The position numbers were made by a program, and so were the translations under genes. Shown piece by piece: positions 38,786 through 47,920 of a stretch of DNA of 64,000 nucleotides. A model generated the notes under the pieces. It searched no databases. It worked only from the letters and a program-made list of their open reading frames with translations, and was not told the DNA's origin. The DNA is from a virus. Positions within the stretch are counted from its first letter, which is position 1; the number at the start of each line of letters is the position of its first letter. Location of the stretch: positions 1 through 64,000 of the IMG/VR virus record IMGVR_UViG_3300025921_000002; one strand, written 5' to 3'.

Positions 38786-39417
38786 CAGTTGCCGTAGCAG
38801 GCGCAACGTTAACATATAAAGTAGCTAAAGGTATTTCTGATAAGCACACCGCCAACCAGATTGATAAGGGCAATCCCTTTCCTACAGAAAACGTACAGCC
38901 CGAATATCAGGAAAACGTTAATCAGGCACAGCAAATGGCTCAAACTGGCCTACCCGAACAGCAATATAATAACCAGCTTAATAATATTCAACGAAACCAA
39001 GCGGGGGGCTTAATGGCTATTTCGCGCTCCGCTAACCCCGGTGCTAACGTAGCTTCTATATTAAGAACAGGCAACGACTCCACCAATACCCTGAACGCAC
39101 AGGACGCTATGATGCGTAACCGCAATCTTTTAAACCTTTTAAACCAAAGGATGCAACTGGCTCAACAAAAAGACAAGGCATGGGACTGGAATCATCAACA
39201 AAGATATTTACAGAACTTGGCCAAAGCCAACGCATACAGGAGCGCAGGTAATCAAAGCATCAATTCGGGGGTAAGCGAAGCCGCAGGAACAGTGACAGCC
39301 GCTAATGGCGCAGGAGCATTTTCAGGAGGAGGTGGTGGTATGGGTGGAGGCGGTTATTCAGGCGGATTTACAGATAGTTCCGCAGGTACAGGTCAACAAT
39401 TTGCATCCTACGCATAA
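38773..39417 (+). CDS. Internal virion/ejection protein (small)
   Basis: MSWVAVAVAG hydrophobic start, Gln/Asn-rich coiled coil and Gly-rich tail. Confidence 0.7.
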   Translation: MSWVAVAVAGATLTYKVAKGISDKHTANQIDKGNPFPTENVQPEYQENVNQAQQMAQTGLPEQQYNNQLNNIQRNQAGGLMAISRSANPGANVASILRTGNDSTNTLNAQDAMMRNRNLLNLLNQRMQLAQQKDKAWDWNHQQRYLQNLAKANAYRSAGNQSINSGVSEAAGTVTAANGAGAFSGGGGGMGGGGYSGGFTDSSAGTGQQFASYA

Positions 39418-40775
39418 TGGCAGAGATACAACCAAACTGGAACTCTTATTACAGCCCACAGGCTTACGATACCTTTAAAGGCAATCCCGGCCTCGACGAC
39501 CTTAATAAACGCTATGCCCAAATAGAAAAGGATAGGGAACTTGACAGACAGTTATTAGGTCAGCAAATCTCTAAAATGAACTTTGGTGGCGTTAAGCCTG
39601 CCGACGTGGGTGACCTGCAAAACCAGTACAACGATATTCTAAACGCCTATCAAAAGGCAAGGTCAATCACCGACCCTATGAAACGGGCGCAACTGACTAT
39701 GGAGTTGAGGCAGAAGATGAACGGTCTGCAATATAACGTGGAGAATAAAAAAGAGAACCACAGTCAGGAATTAAAGATGTTCGAGCAAATGAACCATCCT
39801 AATGCTTTCCCGGCTGACAACGCACAACAATTAGTAGGTGATGTGATAGGTACACCAACCGGAAGCCCCGAATATCAAACAAAATTAGAGGCTTTCAGAA
39901 ACGGTTGGCAGGATAAACCTGTTGACTTGGGAAAACTAACAACAACAGCCTTTACTAAAAACCTGACCAAAAGCACCAATTCAGGGCAAGAAATAAAAGA
40001 CCCCGCGACAGGACTTTTCAGGAATCAGATTATCAAAACCTCTGATGTTCCAAAAGCCGCTTACACCAACGAGATTGTAAACAGCGCATTAGGCGACAAA
40101 AGAACACTACATACCATAAGTAAGCTATACCCTGATTTGCCACCTGCACAAGCAGTTACACAATTTGCAAATGATAGTTATGAAGACCAAAAGCGTAAGT
40201 TGATAAGTGACACAACTTATAGCGCACCGCATATGAGTTATGACCAACATTTAGGCTTACAGGAAAATGCTGCAAGGCTTAAATCTAAATACCCATCGTT
40301 CGGTCAACAGCAAAACCTTACACCAATTTATAGGCAAAAATTAGTTGGTGATATGTTGAATGGTGTGCCGGGAAGTGGCGAAACTTTAGTCAATAAACTA
40401 AAAGCAGACCCATCCTATCAAAGACCTTTGGGTATTAAGGTAAATGGAGATAATATTCAATTTACAATACCCGATAAATTAAAAAATAAAATAGATAGTG
40501 ATGGAAAACCGTCGTGGCAGGTAGAAGTTCCTACACGGGTTGTTACAATTAATAAAAAAGACCCAAATGCAGATGTTCAGCTTAACGAATTAGTTAACCA
40601 ACTTACAGGCGAAAAAGTTGACATTTCCTCTTTAAGGACACAAGGCGGTAAAAAGCATGTTGCAGTTTCGGTTAGCAGTCAACCTGCAAAAGTAACCAGT
40701 CAAGACGAATACAATAAAGTACCTAAGGGCACTCAATACATAGCACCTGATGGTAAAATTTATATCAAAAAATAA
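39417..40775 (+). CDS. Internal virion/ejection protein (medium)
   Basis: Position; C-terminal EYNKVPKGTQYIAPDGKIYIK motif. Confidence 0.6.
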   Translation: MAEIQPNWNSYYSPQAYDTFKGNPGLDDLNKRYAQIEKDRELDRQLLGQQISKMNFGGVKPADVGDLQNQYNDILNAYQKARSITDPMKRAQLTMELRQKMNGLQYNVENKKENHSQELKMFEQMNHPNAFPADNAQQLVGDVIGTPTGSPEYQTKLEAFRNGWQDKPVDLGKLTTTAFTKNLTKSTNSGQEIKDPATGLFRNQIIKTSDVPKAAYTNEIVNSALGDKRTLHTISKLYPDLPPAQAVTQFANDSYEDQKRKLISDTTYSAPHMSYDQHLGLQENAARLKSKYPSFGQQQNLTPIYRQKLVGDMLNGVPGSGETLVNKLKADPSYQRPLGIKVNGDNIQFTIPDKLKNKIDSDGKPSWQVEVPTRVVTINKKDPNADVQLNELVNQLTGEKVDISSLRTQGGKKHVAVSVSSQPAKVTSQDEYNKVPKGTQYIAPDGKIYIKK

Positions 40776-43700
40776 TGGGACAATTTAGCTGGACTCCACC
40801 ATCAACTGATGAACCTGTAAAGAAAACAGGATGGACTCCACCTGCTTCTGATATTCCTGTCGTTGAAAAAAAAAGTCCAGTTGGCAACGCTTCTGTGGCT
40901 ACCTCAACGCAGTCTGGCGATGGCTCAAGTCCTTCCCCTCTCCAACAAAGTCTTACTAATGCTATGAAAGCGTATAGCATTACGCATACGCCAAAAGAAG
41001 TTAGTGATGTTCAAAACACAGTAAGCCAACAAAAACAAGAGGATAAAATAGCAAGAACCCCCGATGCTGTAGTTGCCCATGAGAAATACATGGAAACACC
41101 CTTAGGTAAAACACAGGGCGCTTTTCAATATGTTGGCTCTAAAGCCTCTAAAGGTGCTTTACAGATAGCTAAAGGCGCTACGTGGCTATATAATCATACT
41201 TCGGCCAATCCAATTCAGGGAATGATTGATGAAGTAAGTAATCAGCATAAAGGACAGGAAGATTTTTTCAACAAAGCAGATAAGGCAACTAACTTAGGTT
41301 TGACAGCTACCGACCTGCAAAACATTGAAAGCAATAAAGGTATAGGTGCTTCTGCCTTACGCACCGCAGGAACGTTCGCCGAGATAGCGCCAACAATATT
41401 AGGCGGCGAAGCATCTGGCGCACCAAAACTTGCCTTTGCATTACAGGGATTAGGACAGGGAAAAGAAACAATGGATGCAGTTGACCCCGACCATAAAGTT
41501 AACCCTGCAATAAGGGACGGCTTTATAGCCCTGAATGGCGCTTTTAATGCCGCTTTAATGGGTGACGCAGCAGAAACTAACTTTGCTAAAATGCCTGCCG
41601 CATTACGCGGTAAAATAAGTTCAGCTTTAGCTATGGACGCTATTAAGCAAAATGGCGAAAAAGAAATAACTGGTGAACTTGTTGACCATACCGTAAAAGA
41701 CTTTGCCCATAACTTTTATAAATTAGGCACAGACTATGTACAAAAGGTAGCCCGTACAGGCGTTGACCTTTCAGCATTGCAAGCAGCAACTGGCTTAGCT
41801 AAATATGGTGTAAATAAAGCAAGTGGGCAGGAGGTTTTTAAAAATCCCGCAGGAGAAACCGCAGAAGGGGTAAGCAACGCTGTTTTACAGCAAGCACCTG
41901 TTTTTGGTGCAGCAGGTACAGTAGGTGACCTTTCAAAGTTAACTCCTTATTCATCTTTTAAAAACGAGGTTTTTGAGAATATTGTTAAAGACCCAAGCCA
42001 AACAGATGCTATTAAACAGGAAATAGCACAACATGGTCAGGAAAGAGGATGGACACCGGAAGAAATTCAGGCCACTAACGACCATATTGACCAAATAAAA
42101 ACAGTAGCGCAAAGACTCCCTGAAACTATTAAACCTGAAAAAAAATCAGATGCAGTTCAATTAGTACTTGATCGGGATGCCCTAAAGAAACAACTGGCTA
42201 ATGAAGTTGGTAAAAGAGGCGCGATGGATGAGTCTGTTAAGGATTTGCCTAATGCTCACGAAGAATGGCTTACTGACAAGATTGAGCAAGCGAACGATAA
42301 GTTAAGGGCTATGGCTACGGGCAAGCGTACAACTTATTCTAAAGGCGTTGGCGACGAGGAAGGAAAGTTCTTCAAAACTACCAACGGCGAAAAGGAAGAA
42401 ATAACTGAAAATAGGTATAACTTAGAGAAGTTAGAACGCACAGCAAATGAAAATACTAATGAACAAGAAAAAATAAACAACAATGAAAAAATCAGCAACC
42501 AAAGCGAACAAGAAAGCGGTGTTCAGCAAACCGCCAGCGGGGAAAAAGTGGCAGAACAGCCCGGCAACCCCACCGAAAGCGTCCAAGCCATCGGCAACGG
42601 TAGTAGCGAAAATGAAGAAAGGCTGTTAACAACAGGGGGTGAACAGCCCCCTTTAAAAGCCATTAAAAACAAGGTTGATGAAAAAAATGCTCAAGACCCG
42701 GATTTTTCAGAAAAGAATTATGACGCATGGGAAGAGCACCGAATGGGTTTGGAAAAACAAATATTCCATGAGCCAATAGATGAAAATTTACCCATTAGTG
42801 AAAATATTAAACTTTTAAATAAATCATTAGAACCTGAATTTGAAAAAATAAAACAAGTTATAGGCGATGATGAAGTTGCTGATAAGTATATTTCAGCTAT
42901 CCAACGTAACCCAAAACGTGCTGAAAAAATAAGGAATGAATTACCAAAAGATGTTCAGGGTAAACTATTCAACCGAATAAATGAGGATGATTTTGAAGAT
43001 AATAAACAGCAAACTGACGAATTTGAACATCTTAATTCAGAAAGCGATAGGGATATAACAGACGAAATGAAATTTTCATGGATAGGGAAAAAAATAACCT
43101 CTCCATCCGACATGCAAAAGCCATTTAATCGAGTTATTGTGAAGGATTTAATTTCCCAATTGGCTGACAAGGGTTATTCGCAGGAAGAAATAGTCCGAAG
43201 GGCTATGCAAGACCGTGTTAGTCGGGGCGATAATGCCGAGCATGTAACTGAATTGGTTAAGGCTGTTTTGGAAGAACACGGTAAAAAATCTGAACCACAA
43301 CAAAAACAAATAGAAGGAGGTAAAAATGCCACTAAAACCGGGAACATCGAAGAAAACAATCAGCAGCAACATCAAGGAACTGTTGGACAGCAACAGGGGG
43401 TCGAAGAAAATCGGCAACACCAAGAAGAACCTGTCGCTAAAAGCCAAACAGAAACAGGCGGTAGCAATAGCATTGAGCAAGGCGGCCAAGTCAAAAAAAC
43501 AATCCTAACTAAACGAGCCTACGAAGGAGAGATACAGCTCGAAGTAAAAAAGCATCTTGAAGAAAAGGGGCTGACACGTAAGTCATTCTCACAAGAGGAA
43601 CGCTCTAAACAAGCTACCGACTTTATTAATAAGTTTGGTGAAGAAGCGGCACAAAAAGCAGTTGAAGCAGGAGATATAGACGGTGGTATGGCCGCATCTG

Positions 43701-45898
43701 TATTAGCACAACTAAAAATAAAAACCGATAAGGCAATGTCCGATTTCCCCGAAGGAAGTGAGGAACGCGATGCTTTGGCTAAAAAGCAAGCCGACATAAT
43801 AAACCTCATGGAAAAAAAGGGTTATTTAGGCGGTGAATTTAACGGGCAGTTAGCGCATGAATACCAAAACGCTGAATTAGACTTTGCCAATGTTAAAAGA
43901 CAAGTTGAGGACTTAACTAAAAAGCCACTTACCGCAGGTCAGGAAAAGAAGATCAAAGAAATTACTTCTGAAAACGAAAAGCTAAAAGCACAATTACAGG
44001 AAGCCGAAGCTAAGCTAATTGAAGAAACTGACAAGGCTTTTGAATCTGGCAAAGAAGCCGCTAAAACAGAAACCAACGCTGAAAAAGCAAAAAGAATAGC
44101 TCAAAAACTAAGAGATAATGCCAAGCTAAATAAACCGGGCATTTTTTCTGCGGCAACACCTGCATCTTTAATTTGGGACGGTGCTATTGAAGTAACAGCC
44201 AAAAGCATTGAAGCAGGCGGTAAACTGGCTGACGCTATTGAAGCAGGTATCAAACATATCAAAGCAAGCGATTGGTATAAAAACCTGCCTGCAAACAAGA
44301 AAGAACTTGCTGAAAAAGAGTTTAAACGTGTTAATTACGAACATTCAGGCAGTACCGATGTAGAGGACTTGCAGGAAAGGTTTGTTGACAAAACCGACAA
44401 TAAGTTCACCCCCAACGAGGCTAAAGACATTTGGGGCTACATGAAGAAAACCTATATTGAAAATGGCACTTCATATCGGGATGCCCTTTCAAAAACAGCC
44501 GAAGATTTAGGGCTTTCTTGGAGGCAAGTTAGCGAAGCCGTAACCACGCCAAAGGTCAAAAGAATGTCGGATGAAATGTGGAAACGTCAATCCGAATACA
44601 CCCGAAACAGAACCGCTATTAAGAATTGGATAGATACTCAAACAGCTAATCCTTTTATGAAAGCCCTTAGAAAGGTTTCAGGTGCTTTTAGGGGGTTGGC
44701 TGTATTTGGTCACGGTGGCATATTTGTTGGCACACACGCGGGTACGACAGTATTTAATCCGTCTATGTGGAATAAAACAATACCTGCTTTTTTTAGAGGT
44801 TGGAAGTTTGCCTACGGAAACGAGGGTAATTATCAGCGTTCAATGGAAGAATTAAAAAATTCTCCAAATTATCTTATTGCTCAAAGAGCGGGTTTGAAAA
44901 ATAATCCTGAAAGAATAAATACAGAGGAATATCAAAAATCTCAACAATATTTAGGCAGAGCAGGATTAGCCGGAGAAAGAGGATTTAATGCCATAAAAGT
45001 GCTTCGGCAGGACTTATTTGACTATCATTTCAATAAACTGTCACCTGCGGAAAGAGATGACCCGGAAGTAGCTAAGAGCATAGCTAAATTAGTTAATTTG
45101 GCTACAGGAGCGACTAACTTAAAAATACCATCATGGGTACAAGAAGTTTCATTTGCCGGGGGTATGGAGGGTTCAAGATGGGAAAAGTGGCTAAGAAGCC
45201 CCGCAGAGGCCGCAGATATTGCCATGAAAGCCATATTCACGCCTGACAAAGCAACTACCGAGGAGCGTATTTTTGCAAAAGTATGGGCAAGACGGGTTGG
45301 TGAGCAATTGGCCACATTCAGTGCGCTACTTTTAGCTAATTCTGCTATTCAAAATACTTTAAATCCTAAAAATCCTGTAAATTATACAAACCCCGATAAG
45401 CCGGACTTTATGAAATTTAAGTTTGGAGATAGGACTATTGACCCAACATCGGGCATGTTAGGTGTAGGAAAGTTTATATATAAAGTAGGTAAATTACCAT
45501 TCCAAAGCGAAAAAGAATTACATGGTGATAAAAAGATTGCCGCTTTAGGTAAGGATTTGCTTCAATACGGTAGAGGAAAACTTGCTCCATTTTATGGCAC
45601 GGTAGCCGATGTATTTACAGGAAGGGATTTTAACGGAAACCCGCTACCATATAGTAAGGAAAAACCGGGTAAAGGGCATCATAAATTAGGTTATGGAGAG
45701 TACGCTTTAAGTAAAGCCCCGTTGCCGGGAGCGGAAGCTGCAAATGTTACTTATAAATCAGCCGAAGAACATGGAGCGCATGTCCCTACATTGGATGATG
45801 TGATAAAAGGATTCTGGTCAGGGGCTATTTCAGGGGCAACAGGATTTAGGGTTGGCGAATACGATGCCAACTCCCCTGAAAATAAAAAGAAAAAATAA
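40775..45898 (+). CDS. Large internal virion/ejection protein (1707 aa)
   Basis: Size, Ala/Gly-rich then helical composition, position after the smaller ejection genes. Confidence 0.7.
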   Translation: MGQFSWTPPSTDEPVKKTGWTPPASDIPVVEKKSPVGNASVATSTQSGDGSSPSPLQQSLTNAMKAYSITHTPKEVSDVQNTVSQQKQEDKIARTPDAVVAHEKYMETPLGKTQGAFQYVGSKASKGALQIAKGATWLYNHTSANPIQGMIDEVSNQHKGQEDFFNKADKATNLGLTATDLQNIESNKGIGASALRTAGTFAEIAPTILGGEASGAPKLAFALQGLGQGKETMDAVDPDHKVNPAIRDGFIALNGAFNAALMGDAAETNFAKMPAALRGKISSALAMDAIKQNGEKEITGELVDHTVKDFAHNFYKLGTDYVQKVARTGVDLSALQAATGLAKYGVNKASGQEVFKNPAGETAEGVSNAVLQQAPVFGAAGTVGDLSKLTPYSSFKNEVFENIVKDPSQTDAIKQEIAQHGQERGWTPEEIQATNDHIDQIKTVAQRLPETIKPEKKSDAVQLVLDRDALKKQLANEVGKRGAMDESVKDLPNAHEEWLTDKIEQANDKLRAMATGKRTTYSKGVGDEEGKFFKTTNGEKEEITENRYNLEKLERTANENTNEQEKINNNEKISNQSEQESGVQQTASGEKVAEQPGNPTESVQAIGNGSSENEERLLTTGGEQPPLKAIKNKVDEKNAQDPDFSEKNYDAWEEHRMGLEKQIFHEPIDENLPISENIKLLNKSLEPEFEKIKQVIGDDEVADKYISAIQRNPKRAEKIRNELPKDVQGKLFNRINEDDFEDNKQQTDEFEHLNSESDRDITDEMKFSWIGKKITSPSDMQKPFNRVIVKDLISQLADKGYSQEEIVRRAMQDRVSRGDNAEHVTELVKAVLEEHGKKSEPQQKQIEGGKNATKTGNIEENNQQQHQGTVGQQQGVEENRQHQEEPVAKSQTETGGSNSIEQGGQVKKTILTKRAYEGEIQLEVKKHLEEKGLTRKSFSQEERSKQATDFINKFGEEAAQKAVEAGDIDGGMAASVLAQLKIKTDKAMSDFPEGSEERDALAKKQADIINLMEKKGYLGGEFNGQLAHEYQNAELDFANVKRQVEDLTKKPLTAGQEKKIKEITSENEKLKAQLQEAEAKLIEETDKAFESGKEAAKTETNAEKAKRIAQKLRDNAKLNKPGIFSAATPASLIWDGAIEVTAKSIEAGGKLADAIEAGIKHIKASDWYKNLPANKKELAEKEFKRVNYEHSGSTDVEDLQERFVDKTDNKFTPNEAKDIWGYMKKTYIENGTSYRDALSKTAEDLGLSWRQVSEAVTTPKVKRMSDEMWKRQSEYTRNRTAIKNWIDTQTANPFMKALRKVSGAFRGLAVFGHGGIFVGTHAGTTVFNPSMWNKTIPAFFRGWKFAYGNEGNYQRSMEELKNSPNYLIAQRAGLKNNPERINTEEYQKSQQYLGRAGLAGERGFNAIKVLRQDLFDYHFNKLSPAERDDPEVAKSIAKLVNLATGATNLKIPSWVQEVSFAGGMEGSRWEKWLRSPAEAADIAMKAIFTPDKATTEERIFAKVWARRVGEQLATFSALLLANSAIQNTLNPKNPVNYTNPDKPDFMKFKFGDRTIDPTSGMLGVGKFIYKVGKLPFQSEKELHGDKKIAALGKDLLQYGRGKLAPFYGTVADVFTGRDFNGNPLPYSKEKPGKGHHKLGYGEYALSKAPLPGAEAANVTYKSAEEHGAHVPTLDDVIKGFWSGAISGATGFRVGEYDANSPENKKKK
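42483..42629 (+). CDS. Nested +1-frame 48-aa Lys-rich protein
   Basis: MKKSATKANKKAVFSKPPAGKKWQNSPATPPKASKPSATVVAKMKKGC, preceded by the A-rich leader aataaacaaca. Confidence 0.5.
   Translation: MKKSATKANKKAVFSKPPAGKKWQNSPATPPKASKPSATVVAKMKKGC
43326..43508 (+). CDS. Nested +1-frame 60-aa Lys-rich protein (MPLK.G.S.KTIS.NI.E...QKQAVAIALS.A family)
   Basis: Recognisable small phage protein pattern; GAAGGAGG-TAAAA-ATG upstream. Confidence 0.75.
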   Translation: MPLKPGTSKKTISSNIKELLDSNRGSKKIGNTKKNLSLKAKQKQAVAIALSKAAKSKKQS

Positions 45899-46417
45899 TT
45901 AACACTTTCTATTTTTTCTATATTCAGCATTTCTCGCTAATACCATTTCTCTATTATTTTGGTAATATTCAGCTTGTTTTCGCTTATTACTTTCGGCATT
46001 ATTTAATCGCCACTGTTTTTGATATTCCCTTTCTAATTCTACGCAGCCGTCGCACCTGCATCCATTTCTAAACATGCTTCTTGATGGACATTGCGCCGTT
46101 GGCAATCTTCCTTTGTTCTGTGCATCATTTATATTTTCTTTATTTGTGCCTATCCACAAATGAAATGGGCTAACGCATTTTCTATTATCACATCTATGGC
46201 AAACAAACATTCCTTCTGGAATTTCTCCAATATAAAATTGATAAGAAAATCTATGTGCAAGTATTCTTTCTTGTTTTATCTTAAAATTACCATAGCCGCT
46301 TACATTTAATGGAGATTGCCATTCCCAGCATTGCGTTTCTGGATTTATAAGATATTTTTTTGTAAATCTTTCTATTGGGGATACCGCTAAATAATCCTTT
46401 CTCCCAAGTCCAGCCAT
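45899..46417 (-). mobile_element. HNH homing endonuclease (probable start 46417)
   Basis: CWEW......GYG.F......AHRFSY....GEIP.G..VCHRCDN..CV.P.HL..GT..EN..D, plus a C-terminal GCRCDGC shared with the 37028 HNH. Confidence 0.93.
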
Positions 46418-46426
46418 AGTAATAAA

Positions 46427-46510
46427 AAGTCCTGTTCCGGGTTCAAGCGATTGCGCCACTCTCCCCCAAAACAGGACTCTAAATATCTTTATTCGGAGCG
46501 CAATTCCGAT
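46427..46510 (-). ncRNA. HNH-leader pseudoknot RNA, copy 3
   Basis: CGGA-ATTGCGC-TCCG ... GGGGGAGA-gtg-GCGCAAT-cgc-TTGAACCC, downstream of TACCTTCG (46526-46519). Confidence 0.7.
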
Positions 46511-46581
46511 TACTTATACGAAGGTAAGAAAAAACTTTTTTATATTATTCTTTTTGTTATTTTTACTAAAAAATAAATATC

Positions 46582-47915
46582 ATGGCTATCATAATCACAT
46601 CGCCTGTTACTGGAAGTTTAAGGATTCAGTCAACCGCAGCATCTCCGCAGGTAAGTTATCTGACTAATATAGCTACTTGTATTGTTTCGGGTGATTACAG
46701 TTCTAATTCTGTTTTAATAACAGATACAGACAACAGGTTACTCGAACAGTTCCCGGTATCAAGCATTACCCGTATATCAGCATCAACACAAGGATTCGAT
46801 TTAACTTTCGCTGTTGACGCAATTGCAAGCCTTATAATGAAGTAGCCATGAGCGTAGTAACATCAGCATTAATAACCCAGTCCCCAAGTGGAAGCGTAGT
46901 TACCTTTACAGATAACACAACCGGATTGGTTGGTACGATTACCCGAACGCTTGCCGTTTATGATGATAATGGCAACCTTTTAGCTAATCCTGTTTTTAGC
47001 GGGAATGTGGCGACCTATGATATTACCTCTGATATTTTTATGGCGTTTGTAGAAAACATAACCGATGATAACGGCTCTTATACACAGACCCTGCATTATC
47101 AATCTACGGCATTTTTTGAAAACTCTTTTTCTAATGCCATTGCAGGGGTAACTTCGCCATATGGAAATGATAGTGGCACTATATATAATTTGAACTTAGC
47201 GATGGACTATTATATGGCTTGTTTGCGCTTCTTTATTGGTGGATTTGGCGTTTCGGCTCAAAACATGATAACCCAAGCGAATTTTTACGTGTCGACTCCT
47301 TTCTACAGTTTATAAATTATGCCGAGCCAACAAGAGATACAAGACGTAATATTATCAGCACAGTATAAAGAGGCTATACTGGTACAGAAAAACTATGACC
47401 TTGTTAATTCAGGCAACCCACAACAAAACTACCCTTTAATTAACTATTTAAGACTCAATATAACGGGGCTTTCCTTTCAGCTAAATAGACCTGATTACAC
47501 AAGTTCAACAACGTTAACTATTTACGACAGGCTTCAAAACATCATAGGATTTGACACTACTATCAACTCACTTGACCCTGACGCACAGATACCGGGAACA
47601 GTAATAGAGATAGTTAACCCTGCGGGATATACCGCACCAATAGACTTTGGATGGGCTGATTTTAGTACAGATGGAAGCCCAGACGGAGGCCAAACTCGTG
47701 TGCAATACCTTAACGCTAATTGGGCAGGCTTAAACCCATTTATGGAACTAATAAGCCCGGCAGGAACAGCTTTGGTATTAGGGTTAGATTACTCAATTTT
47801 AAGTGCCGGGGGCATAATGATTTTAGATACTTCAATAGTCCTACCCGGAATCGGAAGTGGTGCGGGAATTGTAGATGGTCAGACTTTACGGGCTTATAGT
47901 TACGCTTTAGCTTAA
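46582..47915 (+). other. Three putative tail hub/fibre-attachment genes (46582-46845, 46848-47315, 47319-47915)
   Basis: Ser/Thr/Gly-rich, charge-poor virion-like composition; upstream of the fibre-like genes. Confidence 0.55.
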
Positions 47916-47920
47916 ACAAT

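Noticed and set aside
21893-45898. Stop-codon reassignment as in some crAss-like phages
   Set aside because: Long genes are intact and densely packed under the standard code.
40775-45898. Virion RNA polymerase as in Crassvirales
   Set aside because: No DxDxD catalytic motif seen.
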